Numbered from the whole stretch's first letter, positions 40,297-54,247 are shown. The stretch: 63,816 bases of DNA, filler included, from Octopus bimaculoides (GCF_001194135.2; 6 parts of 6 records of this genome joined end to end with filler, not necessarily neighbours in it), one strand, 5' to 3'. The notes: generated by a model not told the origin, from the sequence alone. Translations and numbers: made by a program.

Positions 40297-40987
40297 NNNN
40301 NNNNNNNNNNNNNNNNNNNNNNNNNNNNNNNNNNNNNNNNNNNNNNNNNNNNNNNNNNNNNNNNNNNNNNNNNNNNNNNNNNNNNNNNNNNNNNNNNNNN
40401 NNNNNNNNNNNNNNNNNNNNNNNNNNNNNNNNNNNNNNNNNNNNNNNNNNNNNNNNNNNNNNNNNNNNNNNNNNNNNNNNNNNNNNNNNNNNNNNNNNNN
40501 NNNNNNNNNNNNNNNNNNNNNNNNNNNNNNNNNNNNNNNNNNNNNNNNNNNNNNNNNNNNNNNNNNNNNNNNNNNNNNNNNNNNNNNNNNNNNNNNNNNN
40601 NNNNNNNNNNNNNNNNNNNNNNNNNNNNNNNNNNNNNNNNNNNNNNNNNNNNNNNNNNNNNNNNNNNNNNNNNNNNNNNNNNNNNNNNNNNNNNNNNNNN
40701 NNNNNNNNNNNNNNNNNNNNNNNNNNNNNNNNNNNNNNNNNNNNNNNNNNNNNNNNNNNNNNNNNNNNNNNNNNNNNNNNNNNNNNNNNNNNNNNNNNNN
40801 NNNNNNNNNNNNNNNNNNNNNNNNNNNNNNNNNNNNNNNNNNNNNNNNNNNNNNNNNNNNNNNNNNNNNNNNNNNNNNNNNNNNNNNNNNNNNNNNNNNN
40901 NNNNNNNNNNNNNNNNNNNNNNNNNNNNNNNNNNNNNNNNNNNNNNNNNNNNNNNNNNNNNNNNNNNNNNNNNNNNNNNNNNNNNNN

Positions 40988-41101
<114 letters not shown>

Positions 41102-41325
41102 TTTTGTCCATCATGTACAAGTACGTGTGTTCATCATTATTACATTTATTTTATTCAACTTTAGAAAAACTGAATTATATCTTTGACATTTCCGAAGCGT
41201 GACTTTTGGCTCAACCGCTATTGATACTAACGCTTTCGTTAAAACGTAATCAAACGTTCGGTGCTCAATTTTAGTTCAATACTCAATGATATTTACAGAA
41301 TATATATAAATATATAAAACATTAC

Positions 41326-41583
41326 CATTAAAGTCTATTTTCCCATCATTATTGAGATCTGCTTCCCGGAACATTTCTTTAACATCTTCCTCTGAGATAT
41401 TCTCTCCAAGACGTTTCATCACCTGTCGCAATTCCTGTTTATCTATGTAACCATTTCCGTCTATATCGAACACTCTGAATGCCTCTCGCGTTTTCTCGTC
41501 TACAGTCGGAGCACTTACTAGGTTATGTTGCGAGAATCTTTGCATCATCGTTAGGAATTCATCATATTCCACGAAACCATTTT
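41326..41583 (-). CDS. Calmodulin-like EF-hand protein, internal coding exon (end of EF2, linker, EF3, most of EF4)
   Basis: Acceptor ttcatttcttttgcag|AA AAT GGT and donor TTT AAT G|gtaatg; 258 nt, phase 1 at both ends. Translation: [87 protein letters not shown]3 loop [12 protein letters not shown] is canonical. By manual alignment about 42 of 80 residues match canonical calmodulin, so this is a calmodulin-like paralogue, not CaM itself. Confidence 0.93.
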
Positions 41584-42437
41584 CTGCAAAAGAAATGAAG
41601 TACGAAGTTATAAGAAGTTAGCGTTTATATATATAAATATATATATATATATTCTTTTACTCTTTTACTTGTTTCAGTCATTTGGCTGCGGCCATGCTGG
41701 AGCACCGCCTTTAGTCGAGCAAATCGACCCCAGGACTTATTCTTTGTAAGCCTAGTACTTATTCTATCGGTCTCTTTTGCCGAACCGCTAAGTTACGGGA
41801 ACGTAAACACATCAGCATCGGTTGTCAAGCGATGTTGGGGGGACAAACATAGATACACANNNNNNNNNNNNNNNNNNNNNNNNNNNNNNNNNNNNNNNNN
41901 NNNNNNNNNNNNNNNNNNNNNNNNNNNNNNNNNNNNNNNNNNNNNNNNNNNNNNNNNNNNNNNNNNNNNNNNNNNNNNNNNNNNNNNNNNNNNNNNNNNN
42001 NNNNNNNNNNNNNNNNNNNNNNNNNNNNNNNNNNNNNNNNNNNNNNNNNNNNNNNNNNNNNNNNNNNNNNNNNNNNNNNNNNNNNNNNNNNNNNNNNNNN
42101 NNNNNNNNNNNNNNNNNNNNNNNNNNNNNNNNNNNNNNNNNNNNNNNNNNNNNNNNNNNNNNNNNNNNNNNNNNNNNNNNNNNNNNNNNNNNNNNNNNNN
42201 NNNNNNNNNNNNNNNNNNNNNNNNNNNNNNNNNNNNNNNNNNNNNNNNNNNNNNNNNNNNNNNNNNNNNNNNNTATGTATGTATGTATGTATGTATGTAT
42301 GTATGTATGTATGTATGCATGGTATTATGTGAGATCGAAGATAATCTTAAATCAAAAATCTGAATTTCAAAAATTGATTAATGGTAAAATAAGTTTAATT
42401 AAAAATAAATAAATGTAAGTCTTTATTATAATAATAG

Positions 42438-42912
42438 TCTAATCATCCACCCATTATATTCAAAAATTTAGTCAGTAATATAGGAAGACGCATACCAACC
42501 ATATCTGCAGACGAGATAGCATTTCAAAATGCCGCGCCGTATTATAATAATGCATTAAAGAATAGCGGATTCTCGGAGAAGATCCAGTATAGTCAAAGCG
42601 CTACTAGCAATAATAGGACCAGTAGAACTAGATCTAGGAAAGTTTTATGGTTTAATCCGGGATTAAAATCTAACATTGCAGTAAAATCTAATATAGGGAG
42701 AGACTTCTTGAAACTAGTTTTTAGGTACTTCCAAGAAAACCATTAGTTCTTTAGGAATTTTTAATAGAAGAACGCTTAAGATTAGCTATTCTTGTTACAA
42801 AGGCTTCGGCTCTTTAATGAATCAGCACAACACCAAAACTATTAGAAGCAACCACAGTGCCAGAAATAACCCAAAATGTTGCAATTGTAAAGATCAAAGT
42901 TACTGTCCGTTA
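42438..42912 (+). mobile_element. Penelope-like element relic (RT thumb and linker)
   Basis: SNHPPIIFKNLVSNIGRRI...AAPYYNNALKNSGFSEKIQY...RKVLWFNP...NIGRDFLKLV...FNRRTLKISYSC...CCNCKDQSYCPL; one stop and one frameshift. Confidence 0.85.
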
Positions 42913-43445
42913 CTGTCTCAATCTAAACTGTCTGACAAACGGGAACGTGAAACTCTTGAGTGGCAGTTTTTGTGATATTTTTGTGACGTTTTTGCAGCTT
43001 CAATAATAATAATAAAGCATATTACTCTACCTCTGGTATCCGAGTACTATTTTTACCCGTGCACATGTATATATATATATACATGTATATATGTATATAT
43101 ATATATATACATGTGTATATATATATATATACATATACATATACATACATAGTCATACTTATGAAAAAAAGGATCGATATGTATAACCTTTTCACCTTCC
43201 ATTAGTAAATGAAAACTCCTCCTCCTCCAAATATATATATGCCGTATATGTGTGTACTTGTGCCTTTAGGCGTACTTATATGTTCAACTTTCTTTTTTCT
43301 TTGCTCCTCGTTTCACGTGACGTTGTTTACTGTATGGAACGAAAATATATACTGGATTTGGCCAAATATATTTGGTTGTAGCATCTGCTTTGCTAAAAGA
43401 AATATATTCTTACAGGCTTATAAGAAATATATTCTTATATTCTTT

Positions 43446-43666
43446 AAGGCGGCGAGCTGGCAGAAAACATTAGCACGCTGGGCGAAATGCTTAGCGGTAT
43501 TTCGTCTGTCTTTTACATTCTGAGTTCAAATTCCGCCGAGGTCAACTATGCCTTTCATCCTTTCGGGGTCGATAAATTAAGTACCAGTTACGCACTTAAT
43601 CCCTTTGTCTGTCCTTGTTTGTCCCCTCTATGTTTAGCGCCTTGTGGGCAATAAAGAAATAAGAAA
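43446..43666 (+). mobile_element. SINE family C, full copy
   Basis: AAGGCGGCGAGCTGGCAGAA...GAGTTCAAATTCCGCCGAGGTC..CTTTCATCCTTTCGGGGTCGATAAATTAAGTACCAG; the central block resembles the Meta-type SINE domain (from memory, not verified). Other copies: 7712-7865(+), 13030-13235(-), 15000-15200(+), 19725-19845(-), 24378-24595(-), 30350-30517(-), 30540-30730(-), 31635-31810(-), 31810-32022(-), 33408-33490(+), 33488-33709(-), 33915-34030(+), 34885-35100(-). Confidence 0.85.
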
Positions 43667-44989
43667 TATATCCTTACATGCATACATACACAGATACCTA
43701 CATTCATATATACACATATATACATTTAAATAAACAAATATATTTGTATTTTATATTTATACTTGCTTATCCGTCCTTCGCTACGAGTATGCCCTGGTAG
43801 CTTGTTACACGCTTTCACTTACTGGACCAGTTGTCATTTTCAGCCGAGTAAACAAGAGCAGCGTGAAATAATGTGCCGCTCCCTCCGGTGATCGAACCCA
43901 CCGCCTCATGACCATGAGCTCAAGGCCTGTAACTGCTAGGCCATATGTTTTCACACACACACACACACACACACAACTATGTTTACTCTTACATGTATAT
44001 ATGCGTGCATATACATAAATGTGTGCGTATATAATTACGATTATACATATACACCCATATATATATGTATATGCATGCTCATACATTCACGAATGTGTAT
44101 ATATACTGTTTCCTCTATCTTCTACTTGTTTCGCTCATTGGATTGCGACCAGTATTTGTTTTTAAAGTCTGTTACTTATTGTATCAGCCTCTTTTGCTGA
44201 CCCGCTAAGTTACGGAAATAATCACAAACCAATACCGGCTGTTAAGCGGTGGAAGTGGGCCAAATACAAACGCAAAGTCACACACATTCGCACAGAGACA
44301 CACAAACTCACACAAACCTGCACACATACGCATACAAGCAAATACACACACACACACACACACACACACGCACTCACACACACACATTCGCATACGCACA
44401 TATGCAAACATTACGGGCTCCCACACAGTTTCCGTTCCCCAAATTCACTCACAAAGCATTGGTCGGTGCGGCGCTATTGTAGAAGACATTTGCTTAAGGT
44501 GCCGCACAGTGGAGCCGAACCCGAATTCACGTGGTTGTGAAACGCGCTTCTTAACCAACATATGCATACACATGTCATATGCATACACACACACACTTCA
44601 TAAACACACTGATAAATCTGCTTAAATTGATGCAACGCCATTTTCTCTCCCCACCCCCACGCAACTCTCTACTCCCCTTCCGTCACACGTTCACTTCATC
44701 TCACTTATTCTCCCCGTTGTTCTGTCTATCTCCGATAACCATCAGGTATAAACCTTTGATTCACACCACACAACGCATTGTTCATATGTAACACTGTGAT
44801 AAACATAGGTATGTCTGACCAACTACACGGAACTGAAGCAACACCAGGCCACTGCTACATTAACATACCATTCTAATCACTAGAAAACCATATTTCTCAA
44901 AGACTGCTTCTATAAATAGAACACTGTACGACCTATAGCACAGTACACATGTACTTGTATCTCCAGACGTCACTCATGTTGTTATTGGG

Positions 44990-45860
44990 TGATGTCAAAG
45001 CGGTTGGTGTTGGTACATAGCATTAGTAGTGGTTGATGTGTAATGCTGTGGTGTTGGTGGTAGTGTTGGTGTTTGTATGTAGCTGTAGTGCTGGTATGTA
45101 ACGGTGGTAGTAGTTGATATAGTGGTTGCGCTTGTGATAGTGGCTGTGCTGTTGGTGGCAGTAGTTGGGTAGTAGTAGCGGTGGTAGTGGTAGTGGTAGT
45201 GGCGGTGGTAGTGGTAGTGGCGGTGGTAGTGGTAGTGGCGGTGGTAGTGGTAGTGGTNNNNNNNNNNNNNNNNNNNNNNNNNNNNNNNNNNNNNNNNNNN
45301 NNNNNNNNNNNNNNNNNNNNNNNNNNNNNNNNNNNNNNNNNNNNNNNNNNNNNNNNNNNNNNNNNNNNNNNNNNNNNNNNNNNNNNNNNNNNNNNNNNNN
45401 NNNNNNNNNNNNNNNNNNNNNNNNNNNNNNNNNNNNNNNNNNNNNNNNNNNNNNNNNNNNNNNNNNNNNNNNNNNNNNNNNNNNNNNNNNNNNNNNNNNN
45501 NNNNNNNNNNNNNNNNNNNNNNNNNNNNNNNNNNNNNNNNNNNNNNNNNNNNNNNNNNNNNNNNNNNNNNNNNNNNNNNNNNNNNNNNNNNNNNNNNNNN
45601 NNNNNNNNNNNNNNNNNNNNNNNNNNNNGTGGTGGTAGTGGTATGTGGCGGTGGTAGTGGCATGTGGTGGTGGTAGTGGTCTGTGGCGGTGGTAGTGGTA
45701 TGCAGCGGTAGTTGTAGTGTGTGGTGGTGGTAGTGGTATGTGGCGGTGGTAGTGGCATGTGGTGGTGGTAGTGGTATGTGGCGGTGGTAGTAGTTGATAT
45801 ATAGTGGCATTGCTCGTGGTAGTGATTGTAGTGTTGGTGGCAGTGGTTGGGTAGTAGTGG
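44990..45860. repeat. Degenerate (GGT/AGT)n low-complexity tract spanning an N gap
   Basis: GGTGGTAGTGGC-type units on both sides of the gap. Confidence 0.85.
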
Positions 45861-45990
45861 CAGTGGTGTCTGTGGAATGCTCAGCCACTTGCAAGTTAAT
45901 TTCACCAATTGATCGGATCAACTGGAACCCTCGTCGTCGTAACCGGAGTACCTAGGCTATAAATGTGTTCTACTCTTTTCGCATATATCT

Positions 45991-46041
45991 AAATCCCTTG
46001 GACTTACAAATCCCCTGGACTTACAAATCCCTTGGACTTAC
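45991..46041 (+). repeat. 17-bp tandem repeat x3
   Basis: AAATCCCTTGGACTTAC at 45991, 46008 (one change) and 46025. Confidence 0.9.
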
Positions 46042-46350
46042 TAGGACGAACAAGAGAATAGTAGACACCATACAACAAGATAAATGTCTGATTTATTAAA
46101 AAATAAACTCCGCTTCCAGAGAAGGTAGAACAATCGCCTGGTGACAGTTGGGAACAACTCCTAATGAGAAGCGGCAATAGTCACAAGAACTAAGAATTCT
46201 CCCGAATTAACATGCCACTGAGGTGATAAAATGACAGTTGTTGCGTATGTTTGTGCCTCAATGGGAATTTTCAGCACAACTGTTGTCCTAATTTATCTCC
46301 AGCTGAACAGGACACTTAGGACATGTCTGTCTGTCTGCCTTTTGTCTATC

Positions 46351-46547
46351 TAGAAATTTCCCTTATGAATTTTTTTACACACTGGCTTCTTGATAAAATT
46401 CTTGTAAAAGAGTTTTATCCCTTTTTGAATTTATTTATCTATGTTTATGTATGTATTTGATAAATAAATTCAAAAAGAGATAAAACTCTTTTACAAGAAT
46501 TTTATCAAGAAGCCAGTGTGTAAAAAAAATCATAAGGGAAATTTCTA
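46351..46547. repeat. Long near-perfect inverted repeat (89-bp arms, 19-nt spacer)
   Basis: Arms 46351-46439 and 46459-46547 match at 87 of 89 positions by manual comparison. Confidence 0.95.
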
Positions 46548-46572
46548 TTCCCAAGAATATAATTATTCGTTT

Positions 46573-46634
46573 ATATTTATATAAAGGGCGTGTGGCGTTA
46601 TTATTTTCTGTAATAATGCCCTTTATATAAATAT
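46573..46634. repeat. Second adjacent hairpin (17-bp perfect arms)
   Basis: ATATTTATATAAAGGGC (46573-46589) / GCCCTTTATATAAATAT (46618-46634). Confidence 0.9.
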
Positions 46635-47035
46635 GTTTATGTATGTATACATGTATGTATGTATGTTTGTATGTTTGTATGTATGTATGTATGTATGTAT
46701 GTATCTATCTATCTATCTATCTATCTATCTNNNNNNNNNNNNNNNNNNNNNNNNNNNNNNNNNNNCCCTTTTTTTTTTTTTCTCGATCCCTTTTGATCGA
46801 ACTCCCCCCTTTTTTCCTTCCTACGATCCCTTTTGATCGACTCCCCCCACCTTTTTTGTTTTTTTTTCCTTCCCTCTCACAAAAAGAAAAGCTCTACATT
46901 GTATTTGTCCCATCTTCGTTGAGCCCTGTGTGGTTAATAAAAGAAATGTATCTATCAATCAATTATTCAATCAATTAATCAATCTGTTTGCCTGCCTGTT
47001 TGTCTATCAATCAATCAATCAATCAATCAATCAGT

Positions 47036-47094
<59 letters not shown>

Positions 47095-48999
47095 CACGGG
47101 GCCGACCTGTCCNNNNNNNNNNNNNNNNNNNNNNNNNNNNNNNNNNNNNNNNNNNNNNNNNNNNNNNNNNNNNNNNNNNNNNNNNNNNNNNNNNNNNNNN
47201 NNNNNNNNNNNNNNNNNNNNNNNNNNNNNNNNNNNNNNNNNNNNNNNNNNNNNNNNNNNNNNNNNNNNNNNNNNNNNNNNNNNNNNNNNNNNNNNNNNNN
47301 NNNNNNNNNNNNNNNNNNNNNNNNNNNNNNNNNNNNNNNNNNNNNNNNNNNNNNNNNNNNNNNNNNNNNNNNNNNNNNNNNNNNNNNNNNNNNNNNNNNN
47401 NNNNNNNNNNNNNNNNNNNNNNNNNNNNNNNNNNNNNNNNNNNNNNNNNNNNNNNNNNNNNNNNNNNNNNNNNNNNNNNNNNNNNNNNNNNNNNNNNNNN
47501 NNNNNNNNNNNNNNNNNNNNNNNNNNNNNNNNNNNNNNNNNNNNNNNNNNNNNNNNNNNNNNNNNNNNNNNNNNNNNNNNNNNNNNNNNNNNNNNNNNNN
47601 NNNNNNNNNNNNNNNNNNNNNNNNNNNNNNNNNNNNNNNNNNNNNNNNNNNNNNNNNNNNNNNNNNNNNNNNNNNNNNNNNNNNNNNNNNNNNNNNNNNN
47701 NNNNNNNNNNNNNNNNNNNNNNNNNNNNNNNNNNNNNNNNNNNNNNNNNNNNNNNNNNNNNNNNNNNNNNNNNNNNNNNNNNNNNNNNNNNNNNNNNNNN
47801 NNNNNNNNNNNNNNNNNNNNNNNCACCACCACCACCAACAACAACAACAACAACAACAACAGCTTTTAATACCAGTCGACTAAGATCAACTGTCGAGTAT
47901 ATTGGCTAGATGGACGTCTATAATAGGTGCCAGCATGATTCCATAGATTATTCAGTTACAGCAGGAGCAGCTAAAACTTTGCAGCCTCTATTTATTTTAA
48001 GCATTAGGTAAACCGTTTGCTATAATATAAAACCAACCACATATGTTAGTTAATATGATACTTTGCTATAATTTTATAACACTAATTTTCCTTCTTTTTA
48101 CATCATACAACAGTGTGTCTAGTTTATATCAATATGAAGTTCGTGCTTAGTATACAAGTAAAAAGTAAAACTAATATTACTAATATTATTACATAAAGGA
48201 AAATGGAGGCTACAAAAAAATATATATTTAATAAGATTTCTTCAGTGACGAGATAATTTTGTATTTCGTTCCTTCGCAAACTAATAAACCATTGTTAGGA
48301 AGGGAATCTAAGTCGTTTTAATGGAAATATTTCGAGAAGATTATCAAACAGAACATGTATGAATAAAACTCGCTCTCTTATATAAAGTTATAGATAGACT
48401 ATGTAAACTTTTAAACACTTTCTTGATACTTCTAAGATAAATATTTTCTATTTATTACTTAAAGAAAGGTTGTGTGTGGACTTGTAAAATGGCGAACTGA
48501 ATACTGTATGAATACTGTACGGTGTTCACTTAAGTTGCTTTACGTTATGAGTTTACACTTTGCTTAGGCCAACCATGTTTCTTTTTATTTTTTATTCATT
48601 TGAGAATCGATGAAATATGTACCAGAAGAGTTCCAGGGTCAATACAACCGCCTGTATCTTTGCTCACTTTCATGGATTATATTATAATCTTTGAAGGAGA
48701 GAGGGATACAGATAGAGAAATAAAAGGAAAGACCCAGAGAGAGTGAGATAGAGAAGCCATCCAGTTGATTCACAATACCCATCTCACCAGCATACAACGG
48801 ACACCAGAACATAGAACCATCGTTCCTTCCCTTTTCTTTTTCCGATCTCTACTCCATTGACTTCTAATTATCTGTTCAGAGATATAACGTATTCTCACTT
48901 TTTTCCAATTGTTGCTTGCATAATTGTCGTAGATCGAAAGACCATTAATGTCAGTACTACGTGGTTCGTTTAATTTTAGCGGTAAATCGTAAGACTATT

Positions 49000-49050
<51 letters not shown>

Positions 49051-49088
49051 GTCTGTCTGTCTGTCTGTCTCTCCCCCCNNNNNNNNNN

Positions 49089-49138
<50 letters not shown>

Positions 49139-49701
49139 GTATTATATATTCTTGCATACTACCTGCCCTCTTCACAAATGCAATTATGGTTTTACTTCAA
49201 AACTGTGATGGTGTTTCAATTGACAAACGACGAAGACTTTGCACTGCCCTTTCACTTCCCCAGTAAACTTTTTAAAAGTTTACGACTTTCAAAAGATTTT
49301 CAAAAAGTTTAGTCTGTACGTCTTAGACACACACACACACGCGCGCACACACACGCGCGCACACACACGCGCGCACACACACGCGCGCACACACACACAA
49401 ACGCGCACGCGCATACATACACACATGTATGCATATATGTACTTATGCACATATATATATATATATATCAACATATATACATATAAGCAATGTTAAATCT
49501 CTGAACGAGGTATAAGCAGTAATTGCACGACAACGTGAAGTATATTTGCCACTTAAATGCGGCTAAACCCTAAGGGTGAATGCTACTGTTGCTTTTAGCC
49601 CCAGGAGAACATCTCCTCCAGCTGGCTATTGACACACTTTCTGTGCCCTGTCGGTATTTGCAAAGGGAAGTCATCCTTCCCATCGTCGATCTGACGTCAT
49701 A

Positions 49702-49746
49702 CGCACGGACCCGGGTTTCTGGGTATTTACCCTTCGTCAGCGTACG
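49702..49746 (-). ncRNA. Minimal type-I hammerhead ribozyme motif (Penelope-type)
   Basis: Minus strand: CGUACG-CUGACGA-aGGGUaaauACCCa-GAAAC-CCGG-GUC-CGUGCG. Stem I 6 bp, palindromic stem III ACCCGGGU, GUC triplet. Deviation: A.A opposition at the base of stem II. Confidence 0.6.
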
Positions 49747-50489
49747 ACAATCACCGATCTTCGATGCGAAGGGCTCCCAATGCAAATATATATATCCTCT
49801 TTTCAGTGACTGTATTACGGTGTAAGCATCTATTTACATGTTTTGTAAATATATATATTGTATATATATATATATACNNNNNNNNNNNNNNNNNNNNNNN
49901 NNNNNNNNNNNNNNNNNNNNNNNNNNNNNNNNNNNNNNNNNNNNNNNNNNNNNNNNNNNNNNNNNNNNNNNNNTATATATATATATATATATATTAATGT
50001 ATGTATAGCTATAAATACGTATCTATCTTTCTATATAAGTATATATGTATATGCATATATATCTATACTTTTCTCTCCAGGCACACACACACGCACGCCG
50101 TTCACCACCAGAAATTCATATATACATACATACATGCATGCATAATTTATACATATATATATACACACACACACACATATATATGAATGTTCTATGGCAC
50201 CACTAATGATGTCTGCCAAATTCTTCGCCATATTTACAAATTTTATCACTTCTTTCTGTCTTCTTCTTTCTTTCTTTTTTCTTTCTGTCTTTACGTTTTT
50301 CTTATTTCTTACTTTCTATCTTTTTTCTTTTCTTTTTCTTTTTTTTTTCATCGTGAGATATTGTGAATATTGTTGCTTTTTATTATTTCACTCGAAGCTG
50401 CTTGGATATTGCAGTCGCAATATATTAATATTTGTGCTTCATATTTGAGTTGACAGAATGCCAGTTGTGCAGTGTTTGAAATTGCACCC

Positions 50490-50531
<42 letters not shown>

Positions 50532-50539
50532 AATGAAAC

Positions 50540-51138
50540 AATATCCAACACGACTTGACTGATAGGAAGTCGGCCAATACGAGAGCAAACAATAATTCAA
50601 AAAGCTCTGTACTAAATGCAGATATGGGAAGTCTGATTCTTGTTGTAGAAGATCAATGCAGTCACAAAACTAAAATTAAGAATAAAAATAAAATGTCCTA
50701 GTTAGAATAATAAGAAGCTAGCGTCAACTGAAAGGAAGAACCGAACATCGCATTTCCAACTGCCAAATCCTCTCAAAGACAAGAATGTATCCACAGACAG
50801 GACTAGTTTGGCAGATATATCCTGCGAGAATTATGGAAACTCTTTTACCTGTAAACATAAATATATGATTACAAGTAAACACCAATCTTGATGCATGACA
50901 GTGATGTGGCTATCATAATCTGGTAAAGGCCTGCTGTTCAGGCTGACAAATAGATTTCGGCACCATTGCCGGATATTGTAATCAAAGACAGGGCAAGAAT
51001 CTGTATTCTGTTATAATCGTCTTGACCTCTTTCCTCAAAAAATTTTTGCAGAAGAAAATCAGAAATCTGCCGAATTTGTCGGTGTGTAAGGCACAATCTT
51101 ACATAAAACAAATTCCTACCGTTTTGTGCAAAAAAGGG
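50540..51138 (+). mobile_element. R4/Dong-type relic (post-RT region, zinc knuckle and restriction-like endonuclease)
   Basis: KSSVLNADMGSLILVVEDQ (cf. RSSGLKAETEGLIIAAQDQ), CQILSKT..CIHRQD, DSDVAIIIW...PDIVIKDRARICIL (PD motif of the restriction-like endonuclease). Begins just after a (CAA)n tract; runs into an N gap. Confidence 0.65.
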
Positions 51139-52087
51139 NNNNNNNNNNNNNNNNNNNNNNNNNNNNNNNNNNNNNNNNNNNNNNNNNNNNNNNNNNNNNN
51201 NNNNNNNNNNNNNNNNNNNNNNNNNNNNNNNNNNNNNNNNNNNNNNNNNNNNNNNNNNNNNNNNNNNNNNNNNNNNNNNNNNNNNNNNNNNNNNNNNNNN
51301 NNNNNNNNNNNNNNNNNNNNNNNNNNNNNNNNNNNNNNNNNNNNNNNNNNNNNNNNNNNNNNNNNNNNNNNNNNNNNNNNNNNNNNNNNNNNNNNNNNNN
51401 NNNNNNNNNNNNNNNNNNNNNNNNNNNNNNNNNNNNNNNNNNNNNNNNNNNNNNNNNNNNNNNNNNNNNNNNNNNNNNNNNNNNNNNNNNNNNNNNNNNN
51501 NNNNNNNNNNNNNNNNNNNNNNNNNNNNNNNNNNNNNNNNNNNNNNNNNNNNNNNNNNNNNNNNNNNNNNNNNNNNNNNNNNNNNNNNNNNNNNNNNNNN
51601 NNNNNNNNNNNNNNNNNNNNNNNNNNNNNNNNNNNNNNNNNNNNNNNNNNNNNNNNNNNNNNNNNNNNNNNNNNNNNNNNNNNNNNNNNNNNNNNNNNNN
51701 NNNNNNNNNNNNNNNNNNNNNNNNNNNNNNNNNNNNNNNNNNNNNNNNNNNNNNNNNNNNNNNNNNNNNNNNNNNNNNNNNNNNNNNNNNNNNNNNNNNN
51801 NNNNNNNNNNNNNNNNNNNNNNNNNNNNNNNNNNNNNNNNNNNNNNNNNNNNNNNNNNNNNNNNNNNNNNNNNNNNNNNTATATATATATATATATATTT
51901 ATGTGTATATATATATACATACATACATATATTTATATATGTATATATATATACACACAAAACATATAAATAAGCATACATACAGCATATGTATATGTGT
52001 GTACAGACACCTACACATTCACACACACATTAGATAAGTTGGCAGATAGGTAGAGATGATGAGAGAGGAAGACAGAGAGAGAGGAAG

Positions 52088-52140
<53 letters not shown>

Positions 52141-52301
52141 AGAGAGAGATAGAAGAGAGATGCGTAGGGAAGAGAGGAGAGAAGGAGGGAGTAGTTGAGG
52201 GAGGAGAGAAGGAGGGAAGCGGAGAAGAGCGAAAGACGGAAAACAAATGGATTTTCATTACTTTTTCTGTAATCACTTTTGTACATGTACACACATACAC
52301 A

Positions 52302-52338
<37 letters not shown>

Positions 52339-52630
52339 ACAGACACACAGACACACACATTCATACATACACACACANNNNNNNNNNACACAGACACACA
52401 GACACACACATTCATACATACACACACACACAAACACACACACATAAATCACATACATACATTCATACATACACACACGCCATACACTTCGTACACACAA
52501 TCACATTTATTCCCTGGAACAAACGTTCACGTAAATAAACTGAAGCCGTTATTCTCCATTACTTCACACATACGCACACAAACATACATTCATGCAGAGA
52601 TACATATTCGTCATTCTTCTTTGCATATAC

Positions 52631-52672
<42 letters not shown>

Positions 52673-53002
52673 ATATATATATGTATATATACATCTGTGT
52701 GTATACGTAAAATTTTACACATTCTATGCATGTATATATATATATATATATNNNNNNNNNNNNNNNNNNNNNNNNNNNNNNNNNNNNNNNNNNNNNNNNN
52801 NNNNNNNNNNNNNNNNNNNNNNNNNNNNNNNNNNNNNNNNNNNNNNNNNNNNNNNNNNNNNNNNNNNNNNNNNNNNNNNNNNNNNNNNNNNNNNNNNNNN
52901 NNNNNNNNNNNNNNNNNNNNNNNNNNNNNNNNNNNNNNNNNNNNNNNNNNNNNNNNNNNNNNNNNNNNNNNNNNNNNNNNGAGACAGGTGTGTAAAATAT
53001 AT

Positions 53003-53047
<45 letters not shown>

Positions 53048-53097
53048 CATACACACACATACACACATATATATATGCATACATATATGTATGTGTA

Positions 53098-53138
<41 letters not shown>

Positions 53139-54247
53139 TACATATATTTATATACAAATGTATCTCTCTCTCTTTCTCTGTTTATAGATATGTGCAAATA
53201 TTTATGTATTTGCATGTATTTTTCTCTCTGTCTATGTATGTACGTACGTATGTATGTATGTATGTATGCATGTATGTATGTATGTATGTATGTATGCACA
53301 CATGCATGTATGTATGTATTATGTATGTATGTATGTATGTATGTATGTATGTGTGTATGTATTACACCTATAAGAATACGCAACAAAGACAGTCAGAAAT
53401 TTATATCTAAAATACATAGAAACGCATATATATATGTGTACGCAAGAAAAGAGTGAAATGGCAGCTTATTGGTTTAGAATTGGAATAAATTGGTTTCGCA
53501 GTTTTGAAAACAGTTTCCTTTCGGTATTTGAATTAAACTAGGACTAAATCAAAGAGAGAATTTATTCCTGCTTTCGAAATAACTTTCTTTTTTTTTCTGT
53601 TTTTCACTCCTGTTTTTCTGATTTTACAGATAAACGGATTTTCACTTAATACAACCTGCATGCAACTCTCTTTCTGCCTCACCATCACCACCACCACCAA
53701 CTCCTGCAACTTTCAACCGGAAGTTGGAAAACCGCAGTAAATTGGCTTACAAACGAAGATTCGCCATTAAAATATTTCACGCATGAAAGCGAACATCTAA
53801 CATTAGCATAAAGAATATAGCAACGGTACAAGGAGATGCATAGCAACTTCCTTCATTTTTTTCTTCTTTTTAAAATTACTCTCTGCTGGTGTGTACAATG
53901 AGAAATCGCATATAAAAACATTACACATATTAAATTCTATGAATTCACATACCCGTACGACTGTTGCCAGCATTGTCGTATTCGGAAGCAACACTGACGT
54001 CTTTACGTGTGCTCTTAAGTTCCACTTATAATTCATTATTGATAAAAACACTTCTTTTCAGAGAAATCACGAATAGACTCTTTTCTTTAGGATAATCCTG
54101 GTTTATTATAGATAAGTGCAGTTACCTATATTGTGCTTTATCTTACGTCACACAAGATAAATGTGTGACATAAGATAGTATATTCATAATTTATAATAAT
54201 ATATATTCCCATTTAACATTGTATATACATTATATATAAGGTTCATA

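Noticed and set aside
41276-41572. ORF-track protein MEYDEF...[16 protein letters not shown] as a complete single-exon gene
   Set aside because: The start is a GTG (Val) inside the exon, and the tail after DFN is intron read-through; true boundaries are 41583 and 41326.
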